A stretch of 63,480 bases of DNA, filler included, from Olpidium bornovanus S191 (GCA_017911155.1; 26 parts of 26 records of this genome joined end to end with filler, not necessarily neighbours in it), one strand, 5' to 3'. Shown: positions 36,641 to 48,630, counted from the whole stretch's first letter. The notes: generated by a model not told the origin, from the letters alone. Translations and numbers: made by a program.

Positions 36641-38258
36641 AGGCGGGGAAGAAGGGCGGGCCGGGCGTTTTCCTCTCTTCCCCCGCTACCACCACTCGGA
36701 ACGAGAGAGGGCGCGCGCGCGAGAACGAGGAAGGAAACGAGAAAGAGCGAGAGCGANNNNNNNNNNNNNNNNNNNNNNNNNNNNNNNNNNNNNNNNNNNN
36801 TTAATTAATTAANNNNNNNNNNNNNNNNNNNNNNNNNNNNNNNNNNNNNNNNNNNNAGTCAGCTGCGCGAAATCAAATGTGGACGTTTCCCAATGTACTT
36901 GCGCAAAGACTGAGCAAGGATATCCTGCACAAGCAGGTCACTTCATCCGGCCATTCAGGCAGGACCAGGTACCATGCAAGCATCTACGAGGGAGGGCTGG
37001 GACAACCCTTCCCAAGTGAGTGAAGGAGCTTTCGCCCGTACCAGATGGCCGCAGCCCCGACAGGAACCGCGTGCCATTTGCCTCTTGACGATACCAGCCC
37101 CAGTCTCATCATGCTCTTATCTTTTGTTCAAACCACAACGCACCTGAGTGACGTGCCGGTGTACAGAAAGGCCTTAGTCACACGTAGTGCCAGCTGTAAT
37201 GACTCCTGCCGCGTGACGACAAGCCAGAGGGAAGGGGAGGAAAGCGACGAGTGACGTTAGCGAAATCGCGGAAAGGTGAGAACACCGCAGGTAATGTCAA
37301 CGCGCATTGAGCACACTCTTGGCTTCGAAAGGCATGCTGACTTCTGCAAGAGCCGCCCACGCAGCCGTATTTCATTTGTTTTATTGCCGTGGTTGGACAA
37401 GGCGGGTGTAAGAACCTTTGCCATATGGTCGAGTTTGAATTTCCTCGTTACGCCCTTTCACGCCTGAGGTAACCGCAGTGCGGTGCGGGAACCCTGTGGC
37501 CGGCGCGAGAGGGGCATGTCTGCACTGCGCACAGTGGACGGCCACCTACGAAAGGAAAGTGCGAAGGAAAGAACTAAACCGCTGACCTTGTGCGAATGAT
37601 GAGCGCCCGGAAAACGCGCTTTCTTATCCGGATCTACAGCGCCACAGACAAAATCTGAACCAAGTAGAAAAAAATTCGGGTTCAAGCAAACAGCAATAAC
37701 CCCCTGCAGACTAACATCGTCCAGCTCGTCCCACGACCGTTGGTTTTGGGAGAGAGAGTTTACGGCGTACGGTGGCCCTCCGCTACGTTGACGTGAGGCA
37801 TTTGGCGATTGATCGAATGTTTATTTCATGGACATGAAAGATTTTTCCGTTTCGCCCAAAAAAAAAAAATAAAAAAGAAATTTACCGGCCGACGGCAGAC
37901 TTGCCCTTCGGAACTTCCTGGGCGCGCAAACGACGTCCTCGCCTGCTCCCCTCACCCGCGCGCCACAACCCGCCGTCACGGAAAACCACCCTAGCCCGAC
38001 GGGAAAAGAAGGACTTCCGTTTGCAGCGGCCTCCGTCTGTTCCCGCCCGCCCTTTGAGGGCCGCGACGCCGGCCACCTTCGGGGAAAGACAGCTCGCCCG
38101 GTTCGCAGAGGGCGCCCTGAAACAAAACGAAAGCAGGCGATTCCCGGGGTGCGACACGCTCCCGGCTGATTGGTTATCACACCTCCCCCACCCCCGTACC
38201 GGCTCCAATTACCCGTTTTTCGAGCAAACCGGGTTCCAGCGCCAAAACCGCCACCAGC

Positions 38259-41200
38259 ATGGCAGCGCTCTCGCCGCCAACGAATACCGTGCCGACCAGC
38301 GCGTCTTCGCTCTCCGGGACAGCGACGGTGTCCGCCGGCACTTTGGCGACTGCCGCGTCCCCGCCGCCCTTGCTCACCCAGGAAAACGCCGTGACTGGCG
38401 CGGACTATGTGAACAGGGACGACAGATATGCTGCCGCTGCCGCCGCGTCGACCCTGTTCCGATCGGAGCTCATGTCCCTCGTCCAGCTGTACATCCCAAC
38501 TGAGCTCGCGCAGCCGACCGTCAGCGAGCTCGGAGACCTGGGCCTGTTGGAATTTAATGACGTACGGTGTCTAACCGAGGAAACGCTGTTCGCGAAGGGC
38601 CAGAGTGGCGGCTGTGGAAACGCCGCGGTTTCTACGCCTGACGTTGTACTGGCTTCTTGCCTTGCAGCTGAATGCCGATGTCAACGTGTTTCAGCGCGCT
38701 TTCGTCAACGAAATCCGCCGACTGGACGAGATGGACCGGAAACTCCGTGTGTAGAAAGCTGGCCTGGCGCGGACACGGCGGCGGCAGAGCGGAATGCGGC
38801 TGAGCGTCGGCATGAGCACGAGAAACATCTGCAATGCTAACGGGCATTGTTGTTGCATATTCCGCAGGCTGTTTGAATTCGCAAGTTGAGAAGGAGGACT
38901 TCCCGGCGTTCAATGAAGCGTCGGCCCAGCTTCCTACCGGCCCGCGGAGTGCCCAGGAAATTGATGATCTCGACGAACTCATCGCCGGTTACCATGACCG
39001 CATCCAGCAGATGAACCAAAATTATGCGCGGCTGCAGCGAAACTTTCTCGAACTGTCCGAGCTTAAGCAGGTTCTGGCTAAGGTTGCCAACATTATGCAC
39101 GAAGTGCGTATCGCCCTCTAATATTCTTTTTCTTTTCATTAGCAGGGCCATGCCATCGTTGTCCGCAATGTTAAATATTGCTTTGGTTCCCGTGTAATTC
39201 TAGGCTGAGGAGGATTTGCGTGGCGGCGAACGCTCGAACCTCTCGGATGAATCGCTTGTAAACCAGAACGATGTTGAGACCGGCTTGCGCCCCATTAGCT
39301 CCACGACCTTGGAGTATGGACGTAGTTTTGACATTTTCGCGTTTGCGGTCACACTGTCGGACATGCAAGTTGACGGCTAAGTGTCCACGGAAATATTTGC
39401 CTTTTAGGTTCATCACCGGTGTTGTCCCTCGCTCGCGTATTCCTGTATTTGAGCGCGTCCTGTGGCGAGCTCTCCGCGGTAACCTTTACATGAAGACGGA
39501 GGAAATTACCGATGTAGTTATCGATCCGGGCACGGACGCAGCCGTGCAGAAGAGCGTCTTCGCAATCTTTGTCCACGGCAAAGAGCTGATGGCCAAGATC
39601 CGCAAGATTTCCGAGTCCCTCGGAGCCACCATATACCCGGTGGATGCCGATTCGAGCAGACGGCGGGAGGAAACCAACCACGTTGAGAGTAGTCTGGTCG
39701 ACCTCCGCCGTGTAGGTCACGATACGCGATCTTTTCTATCATCCTGGGGAACTTCGCGTTTATCCAGATTTGTGTGCGTGATGCGTTGTTAGGTCCTCGA
39801 TAACACCAACGCCGCCCGTCGGATGGAGCTTGAAAAGGTTTACCGCTCAATTGCTACCTGGGACGTTATCGTCCAGAAGGAGAAAGCCATTTATCACGCG
39901 ATGAATCTCTTCAACTATGACCCGGCTCGCAAGTGCTTGATCGCCGAAGGCTGGTGCCCAACGGCATCCATTCCCAGCATCCAACAAGCGCTTCGCCGAG
40001 TACAGAATCGCGCCAATTCGCCCATCCATTCGCTACTGAACGAAATTATTACCCAGGAAGTGCCGCCGACCTACCACCGCACCAACAAGTTCACCGTCGG
40101 TTTCCAGAACATTGTTGACGCCTACGGTGTCGCCCGCTACCGCGAGGTCAACCCTGGCCTGTTCACGGTCATCTCGTTTCCTTTCCTGTTTGCCGTAATG
40201 TTTGGCGATGTCGGCCACGGCTTCTTAGTTTCCTGCGCAGCAGGGTACATGGTCTGGAAGGAAAATATGCTCGCTAAGAAGGATTTTGGAGAAGTGAGCT
40301 TCCGGATATCGCGGCTTTATCCGAGGACTGTGAACTTAAGTTTGCTATATTCTCTTAATCGCTTCTCACCGTCGTCCCGCACGTTTGCCACATCATCCAG
40401 ATCTTCGGCACCATGTTTTCCGGTCGTTACATCATCCTTCTCATGGGTCTGTTTTCTGTGTACACTGGTCTGATCTACAATGACATCTTTTCGCGGGCTT
40501 TATACATCTTCAACGGCTCCACTTGGGACTTCACTGGACAGCCCGTTCAAGGGACGGTTACCGCTACACGTATTAACAGCCGCACTTACCCGTTCGGGGT
40601 GGATCCGGTATGTATCCAATGCTTTTTTGATTACATGATTCGAGGCTTCTCACGTTTTGCTAATAATGGGCCTGTACATACGTTTCCATCGGTTTTTCTA
40701 GGTGTGGCACTTAGCTGATAACGCACTAATATTCACCAACTCGTACAAGATGAAGATGGCCATCTTGTTGGGTGTCGTGCAAATGACATTTGGCATATGC
40801 CTGACCGTGTACAACCACGTCGAGTTCAAGCACAAGAAGTACATCCTGGCCGAGTTCGTCCCGCAGGTCATCTTCATGTTGTCCATCTTTGGCTACCTGT
40901 CGTTCATGATCGTGCTCAAATGGTGCACCAACTTCGAGGGATCGGCCACCAAGCCTCCCTCGCTGCTTAACATGCTAATCTACATGTTTTTGAGTCCCGG
41001 AAATGTGAACCCTAGCGAGAGGATGTTCGGCGGCCAGGGCACTGTCCAAGTTGTCCTTGTCCTCGTCGCGCTGGCTTGCGTACCGTGGATGCTGCTGACG
41101 AAGCCGCTGCTGATCCGTCGAGAGATGAAAGCCAAAGAGGCCACCGGGTTCGCGAACCATGCCGCTGGCCAACTCCACGACTCCGACTCGGCCGAGGCCG

Positions 41201-41276
41201 GCCACTTCGCCCGTGCCGACGAAGGTCACGACGAACACGGCGACGAGGCTAGTGCACCGCACCGGCTTCTGTTTCG
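38259..41276 (+). CDS. VPH1: V-type H+-ATPase V0 subunit a, paralog B with a Ser/Thr/Ala-rich N-terminal extension (truncated at contig edge)
   Basis: [166 protein letters not shown]. Subtype not resolved. Confidence 0.96.
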
Positions 41277-41449
41277 NNNNNNNNNNNNNNNNNNNNNNNN
41301 NNNNNNNNNNNNNNNNNNNNTTAATTAATTAANNNNNNNNNNNNNNNNNNNNNNNNNNNNNNNNNNNNNNNNNNNNTAGTCGTCACGGGCGTTGCTACCA
41401 TGATTGACAGGACCGGCGGGTGATGAGGTCGCCCCCCCCCCCCCCCCGG

Positions 41450-41488
<39 letters not shown>

Positions 41489-41528
41489 CTTCAGCTATTC
41501 ACATCCCCCGCCCTCCCAAACATACTAC

Positions 41529-42752
41529 ATGGCAGACCTCCACCACCTGGAGCCTTCCCCCGCGAAGCCGCCCCACGCGCGCTCGTTCGACGGTACTGCC
41601 CCGCCCGCCCGACACGGCCCAGCTGTGCCGCCGTGCTGTCCCGTGTCCGCGCTTGCTCTCGCGGCGCCCGCGAGGCGCGCTCTGAAAACGGAACGAAAGC
41701 TTACGCCGCCGTTGGTCCCGTTTCTGCGCGATCCCCTGCCTGCCAGGTCGATACAGGGGCCGAGCGCTTGGCCGACGTGCGTCACTCGTTTGCCGGTTGC
41801 CGGCGCAAAGTCCGGCCGCCGAGGATCCCAGAAGTGTCGTGTGTGCGCGCGCGCGCTCGTGGGCCCGTCCTTCGGCCGCGCGGAACGTTACTTCGAAATC
41901 CTGACCCGGCCCTCACTCCTCCCGCCCGTGCGCGGCGCAACGTTCCGCCCGATATTACAACGGCGCGCAGAAAATGACCGGAGGATGCGCACGGTGGCGC
42001 CGGTCGACTCAGCGGCGGAATTGAAGTCCCGGCTCGTGGCGCTCCTTTTCCGCCTCAGCGAGTCGTCGGGGGTCGGCTTGCATGAAAACATCCAGAAGTT
42101 GACGAACGCTCTCATGACAGACTTCGACAAGCAGGAGGCTTCCATACCTGGAGCTATTTTGCAGTGGTGAGGGGGTGCGGGAAGCAGGTCGAAATCAACA
42201 GGCTGCGTCCGACTCGCGTTTGGCAGCGGTTTCCGCCCAGACGGTACTTAACCAAAGAGAGTGTTAACCGGCCGTTTCTCCTCGCGAACCGTAGCGTCAA
42301 GGACCTGCCCTTGAAGTTCGGTATCTACGGGTCTCTTGTGGGGCTGCTCAACGTCCATAATCCGGGCTTTGGTCGCCAGATTCTCATGACATGCGTGGAG
42401 GCGATGGACGACGCGCTCAGGAGGGGCGCCTGGCGGGAAGTCAAGCTGATGGTCCGTGCGGAGAAACACCGTGCAATTTTCGGAGGACCAACTCCTGAGA
42501 ACTAATCGAACTTTTTGCAGCTACGGTTTCTTATTGAGCTGGCGAACGCCCGCGTCCTTCTTCCTAACTCTCTGTTGCGCGTACTGAGGTCGTTTGCCGA
42601 GGTGTTGGAAGAATGTGATGTGAAACGGGTACGGGTGCCGAATTGTTTTTCCGGCGTGCGTTGGAGAGCGCCTGAAGTTCGTCTAAGCATGAGCTTGCAC
42701 GCAGGACCGTGCCGATTGCTTTGCGTACCTGCTGCTCATCAATCTGCCGGTG
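41529..42752 (+). CDS. STO1: Nuclear cap-binding protein subunit 1 (CBP80), N-terminal MIF4G region
   Basis: ELKSRLVALLFRLSE...LHENIQKLTNAL, LPLKFGIYGSLVGLLNVHNPGFG, EVKLM|LRFLIELANARVL, RADCFAYLLLINLP follow the CBP80 motif order. A short first exon from ATG 41529 is inferred to splice in frame to the acceptor at 41970. Confidence 0.9.
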
Positions 42753-42986
42753 GTTAGTGCCGCGCACCCTTTGGCCGCCGCGTCTGAACGCACTCGATCT
42801 GACGCCGANNNNNNNNNNNNNNNNNNNNNNNNNNNNNNNNNNNNNNNNNNNNTTAATTAATTAANNNNNNNNNNNNNNNNNNNNNNNNNNNNNNNNNNNN
42901 NNNNNNNNCCTCTCGCTCGGCCTCGAAGCCCTTCGCTTGATCCCAATGCTTTTGCCCGACTTCGATACCCCCCGCTCGAGCTCGAT

Positions 42987-44590
42987 TTACCGCCCGCCTC
43001 TTTTTATTGTTGGGCTCCAATCGAGGGGGGCCCCGTACGTAAACCCCCCTGGTGCCCCCTCTTCTAATAAACACAAGAACCTTCGCCGGAACCACACACA
43101 CCACAACACTTTAACAACGTCTTCGTCCTCATCTTCATCTGGCTCGGACGGGTAGGCGGCGCGACTTAACATATCTGCCATCTTGTTTTCCGCTTTGAAA
43201 ATGTGCGTCAACAAAACATCAAATTGTTTGACCACGCCAATCCACCTTTGTGAAACATTGGCCGTAGTACAATTTTGAATCATTCCGATGACTGGTCGGC
43301 AGTCGGTCTCAACAATAACGTGCGTCCCGAGAATCGACTGTTGCTCCGCTAAGAGAGCCGCTTTAATCCCGAACAATTCGCGTTTGGTCTGACCATAATT
43401 TCGCTGAGTTTCCCCCAAAGTTTTAGACCCAAATTTGGCTGGCTTTCGTTCATTGTCCGGGGAATCCTGGCTAAGCACCCACCCGACAGCCGTAGGACTC
43501 GTATCTACTGTTAAGTAGATCTGACCGATTTGATTGTCTCCGTGGTAATGAAGCGGTCGCAAAACTGGGGACCCACAAAGAGCTTGTTTTAGTCGGGCCA
43601 TAGCTCCATCACACTCCTCCGTCCAGGCCTACGGTTGGCCTTTCCGTAGTAATTTGTATAACGGTTCCGCCAGTGAACCATAATGCGGAATGAAGGAGCG
43701 ATAGAATTCAACCGCTCCTGGGAATCGCCGGACTTCGACTACTTTGGAGCAAGGAAACATCTTGTTGATTGCCGAAACCTTTTTTCGTTCTGAAAACTTT
43801 CCCTCAGGCAAACATCAGTAGCCCACGATAAGCATTTCTCGAAACCCAAATGACGACTTAGTTCTCGAAAAAGTCAAGCCAACCTCAATAATCCGCTGAA
43901 GGACTGCAACCACGTCTTGTATGTGATTGTGCTGTGGCACGGCCCTCGCCCCGACCGAACCGTCGCCATACGCCAAGAAGGACGTCACGGAAGGCGGCGG
44001 CGGGCGGGCGTGGGGTGGAGGTGGAGGCGGAGGCGGGACAAGGCGGCCCCCGAATCCGGGGCCCAACCAATAGAATAGTCCCCCTCGAAGCCCACCAATC
44101 GAAGAACGTCCCCCCCCCTCCCCCCCCTCAGCGCCACGCGGAAACCTTTCGCCAACCATCACCCCCCCTGGTAAACGATACTGCTCCCGCGCGCAACCGC
44201 GCGCGTCTACGGAACCCCGCGTGAGGACCACGACCGCGCGGAGGCAACCGCGTCAGCGGATGAACCGAGGCCGACTAGGATGACGTCCTGTCCCGCTCGG
44301 CCTCGACGAGCATAAATAGCGCTCGACTCGCCCCGTAGCTCGACATCGAACTTCCCATAAAACTTCTTTTTGGCTTGCCTCTTCTGTACTTCACGTACTT
44401 AACCTTGAAAGTAATACCTCTCGGACCGGAATACAACGCGTTTGTCCTGCGACCTCCTTCGACCAAGGACCTGACCGCGGTGCCACCAAAGCGCGACTTG
44501 ACTGTCCACAGTACAGTGATCCATACGAATTTTCGGATTCCAGGCTCCACTTCTCCAATATCGCGGTCCTCATGGAGAATGCCCTTCATC
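42987..44590 (-). mobile_element. Degenerate Ty3/Gypsy pol fragment (RT C-terminal part plus RNase H), interrupted by a solo LTR
   Basis: EPGIRKFVW//HIQDVVAVLQRIIEVGLTFS...EVRRFPGAVEFYRSFIPHYGSLAEPLYKLLRK.. then LTVDTSPTAVGWVLSQ...FGSKTLGETQRNYGQTKRELFGI...VETDCRP...HIFKAENKMADMLSR. In-frame stops at 43815-43817 and 43629-43631. Confidence 0.93.
43928..44515 (+). mobile_element. Solo LTR, 588 bp, with 5-bp target-site duplication
   Basis: Starts TGTGCTGTGG and ends CCACAGTACA (TG...CA; 9/10 inverted match). Flanked by GTGAT at 43923-43927 and 44516-44520. Internal TATA-like CATAAATAG (about 44313) and AATACA (about 44430) suggest + orientation. Confidence 0.88.
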
Positions 44591-44811
44591 NNNNNNNNNN
44601 NNNNNNNNNNNNNNNNNNNNNNNNNNNNNNNNNNTTAATTAATTAANNNNNNNNNNNNNNNNNNNNNNNNNNNNNNNNNNNNNNNNNNNNCATGTTATTG
44701 CGCTGTGCGGCGTATATCTACCTATGCTGAAAAACTTTGCAGCGTAGTCGGTTGAGCTTGATCATTGACGGGCGTGCAGGTCACAACTCTCTCGATTACG
44801 CGACATTCTCG

Positions 44812-45839
44812 TCATTCCGGCGTGAGGATGACGCCCGTCATTCCGTTTACCTGGGACCAAAGGTCGCAAATTCAGGTGTAAATACTTGCGGCAACGCGTT
44901 CCCACGAGCCGGATCTCCGCAAACGGTCGCGGAACGGCGGGACTTGCTTTGACGGCGCCGCGCCGGACGGTCGTCGAGGACAAAAAGGAACAGCCCGAAA
45001 AAACAGGGCCCGAAAAAAAAAAAAAAACACCAACCGCGCAATGCATCCCGACTTTGCAGTAAAAAAACTTGAGCCCCCTTGCGTCGGCCGGAATCTGCAG
45101 CCTCCACTTCGTTCCTGGGGGATTGACGCCGGAGTCGAACGCGTTCGGCGAGACGCTCTTTGTGCACGAGCCCAGAGCGTCGGACTCGGTGACCGAGTGG
45201 TTGTTTTTGCCCGCCCACGTAAACTCGATGGTGTCCCCCGGATTTGCCTTGATAATCACAGGGGTGAAGCGCATGAAGCCGTCGCCGCTGTTCCAGCACG
45301 CGTAAGTCAGAACGGGGGAAAACCTGCAGAGACGCAGCCGGATAATAATTCAGAACGGAATAGCGGGAAAAAAAAGTATGCGTTTACATCGTCGCGTTGA
45401 TCACGGTTCCGGTCCCTTCCGTGACCACCTGCACGCTGGCTGCCTGAGTGCAGGTGGCGGCGGTCTGGAATGCCGCAGAAAAGTGCTGTTGGAGAGACTG
45501 GACGGCGAGCTGGGAAAATGAACGAAAGGACGCCGTTCCTGCTCGTCAGCTTCGATCCAAACTGGGACGCGCGAGAAAACCGCGCCGTTTCTCGGGAGCA
45601 AAACCGCGTACCGTAGCCTTTTCGATCAACTCCGCCACGGCGCCCGGGCCCGCTTGGCCGACGCCAATGCTCTGGAAGACCGCTTCTCCGTCGTCGGCGG
45701 AGATGTCGGCCTGCGTGTGAGCCGAGCCGTCCCCGACGGACGGCCCGCCGTGCGCGGACGACGGCGCCGGTGCGGCCGAAGCAGGGGACCTCAGGAGTGC
45801 GGCGGCGGCAAGGAGGAAAAGGAGGGCGTGTCGGGCCAT
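44812..45839 (-). CDS. Secreted cupredoxin (type-1 blue-copper) protein, apparently complete, 4 exons
   Basis: Signal peptide MARHALLFLLAAAALLRSPASA. The domain reads FTPVIIKANPGDTIEFTWAGKNNHSVTES...FDSG...KFFYCKVGMHCA|VNGMTGVILTPE*, with His, Cys, His and Met ligands. TGA at 44812-44814. Confidence 0.85.
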
Positions 45840-46625
45840 CGTCGGCAAAGCGCGGGCGGCGGGGGGTGGCGGAGATCCGACGGCTTTTTTTTCTTTTTTT
45901 TTTTTTTTTTTTTTTTTGGGAAAGGGGGAAGGCCNNNNNNNNNNNNNNNNNNNNNNNNNNNNNNNNNNNNNNNNNNNNTTAATTAATTAANNNNNNNNNN
46001 NNNNNNNNNNNNNNNNNNNNNNNNNNNNNNNNNNCATGATGGCATAAACTGGCGCCGGAATCCTGTTTGCTCGTCAAATCTTGACGGCGCGAGAGGAAAA
46101 TAACAGCATTGGCAAGAAAAGGCCGTTCGCCCCCCCGAGGCAAGCAACCTTAGTAACACGAATCAAACGTAGTAACATCGTTTTTTCGTCGGCGGCCCCC
46201 TTCGTCCTTATCGACGAGCAACTTTATTTTAGTCGCCTGCGGCGATTTATTTGGGGTCTGTTGGCATCGGCAATAATCAACCCCCCGTCCTAGTTTGCTT
46301 AGAGCCTTTCCATTTTTTGATGTTCAACAAAACGCGGCGCCGACGAAGAAACCACTCCTTCTCTTGGATTTCAACGGGTCTCCGCCGAGCGCAGCGAAGC
46401 GTGGGGGTGGAGTGGAAAGGGGAAAGAGGGAGGAGGACCAACACTACGGCGGAAGCCGGACGGGCCGGGACTGCTGCAGCAGAGGATCCTCTTGTATACC
46501 GCGGCCGCCCGGCCCGGGAGGGAAGCAAAAGATGTTAAGCGAGAACAGGCGGTTGATGAGGAAGAACGAATTTCAAGAAAACCCCTCGGAACAGTGAAGC
46601 AAAATGGCAATTTGAAGTGAACACG

Positions 46626-46697
46626 TGGCCTCTGCGAGAATCGAACTCGCGATCTTCGCTTTACTAGAGCGACGCTATGCCACTAAGCCAAGAGGCA
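46626..46697 (-). tRNA. tRNA-Thr(AGT), intronless
   Basis: Minus strand TGCCTCT-TG-GCTTAGTGGCATAGC-G-TCGCT-CTAGTAA-AGCGA-AGATC-GCGAG-TTCGATT-CTCGC-AGAGGCC-A: full cloverleaf, anticodon AGT, 1:72 is T/C. Confidence 0.92.
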
Positions 46698-47727
46698 CGA
46701 GTAGATGCAGAAACAGTTATGCTCATAAGTATTACCTAGTTCCTATTTGTTTTTGAAGAATTGCCGTCGAATGTCTTTTCAACCCCCCCCCCCCTTCCCC
46801 CTTTTTTCTCCTCCAGACAACCCAGCGGCGTGACTCAAGGACAGCGGGGTAGTTTGCTGCATTGTAGCTGTTTCACGCGGTTCTCCACGCGGGCGAAACG
46901 GCGGCGGGGGAGAGCGTAAGCGCCGCTCGGGGCCCCCTCCGTGGCGCTCGCCCCTCGCTCACTTGAGTACCGCTCTCGGGTGCCGCCGCATCTCGCGGCG
47001 TTCCTCTCCGCCGGTGCCGCTCGTGTTAGGAACAAAGGGGGAAATTGTTGTGAACGGAGTTACGTCCCTTAGTGTGTTTTGTTTATTTTCGGTTCGGGTC
47101 TAGGTTTCCTTCGGTGTGTCGGAACACTCCTCCTCTGTGAGTACTTCTATGATATACGATCCAGGCCTTCTATGATTACGATGCACTCTCATGAAATACG
47201 TATGATTCATGTCATAGACAACGAATCCCCGTGCCGTAGGCGATGGTTATTTGTGCAGTAGGCCCACGGAGTGAAGCTCTGCCTCGTTAAAAACCTTGCC
47301 GAGTAAACCCAGCGGGAAAAACCTCGACNNNNNNNNNNNNNNNNNNNNNNNNNNNNNNNNNNNNNNNNNNNNTTAATTAATTAANNNNNNNNNNNNNNNN
47401 NNNNNNNNNNNNNNNNNNNNNNNNNNNNCATGTCAACGCTCTCCCTGGCTGCGGCTTCCGACATTACAGGCTGAAAGTAACGTTAGTGCGAGAACCCCCC
47501 CCCCACAAAAAAAAACACACACCTCCGTCAGAAGACTCAAAAATGTTCCGAAGAAAATAAGAGCAAAAGGCGGGGCCTCCGCGAAGATCCGGAAAATGCA
47601 CTCACGCTTTCCTGCGCATTCGCTGCCGCCTTGCCTGCGTTCTGAGGTTCGTAAAGAAGCACGGTAAGCCCGACTCTGGAAATCTCTCCCTTTCCCTCCC
47701 TGCACACGCTTCCGAAAAACCACGGAC

Positions 47728-48630
47728 CATTCTCTCCCTTTGCCGCTGCTCTTGGGCCATCTGGATGTATTTCTGCATGGCAGGGTCCTTCGCTACCTTG
47801 TCGAGCTCCTCCATCTTGGCCCTCTCCTCGGCAGCCTTCCTCTCCTCCGCCTCCGCCTTCTCCCGCGCTCTGCGCTTCTCTTCCTCCTCCTCCTCCTCCT
47901 GCAGCTTGCGCCGCCGCGCTTCCTCGAGCCGCCGCTGGCGCCGCTCGGCCTCCTCACGCTCGCGCTCCTCGAGAAGTCCGCGCTCCCGCTCCTCCCTTCG
48001 ACGATCCCGTTCGCGTTGCTGCTCCAAGAGTCGGGCCTCGTACTCTTCGCGTCCGCGCCGCTCGCGTTCGTCCCGCTCTCGTCGCTCGCAGACTGCCGGG
48101 TCCTCCTCCGCCTCGTCTTCTTCGTGCACTTCTTCTGCTTGTGGCGCCGCTTCCTCCGTCTGCGCAAGCGGGGCCTGCAAGGACACCGTAGTTATCGGCG
48201 TCGGATCTGCCGGTGTGACCGCCTCGTTCGGCCTTATTTCTTCGGTCTGTACTGTTGTTTCGGGTCTGCTCCCCGCTCCCCCCGACGGTCGTGCTGCCGA
48301 TGGATGTTCAAGTGTTATTTCAGGCATCAACAATGGGCGGTCGATCGCCTCGCCCGTCGACGAATAGGCCAAGAACCGGCCGAGCGAGGCAGAAACCAAT
48401 TCTTGATGTGTCTTGACGTTGGTAGCCGGTGGAGGAGACGGTGGGTTCTCATCGGCAGTGGCGGGGATTGGCAACCGCGGATGAGTGGAGTCAGCCACAG
48501 CCAGTTTGACATGTTTCAGATCCGATGTCGGTTCCGTTTTACTTTCCGGCAAAGTGGTGGCCAACACGGTCGCCGCAACGTCCGGGTAATGGGCAACTGA
48601 CGGCGTCGCTTCGTTTCGGGGACCGTCAGG
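47728..48630 (-). CDS. Internal exon of an Arg/Glu-rich coiled-coil protein; possible OFD1-like centriolar protein C-terminal region
   Basis: Frame open from the contig edge to a GT donor at 47727. A long ERR/EEE charged helix is followed by ELDKVAKDPAMQKYIQMAQEQRQRE, reminiscent of the OFD1 terminal motif (NPLEKYMKIIQQEQ). Identity is weak. Confidence 0.55.
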
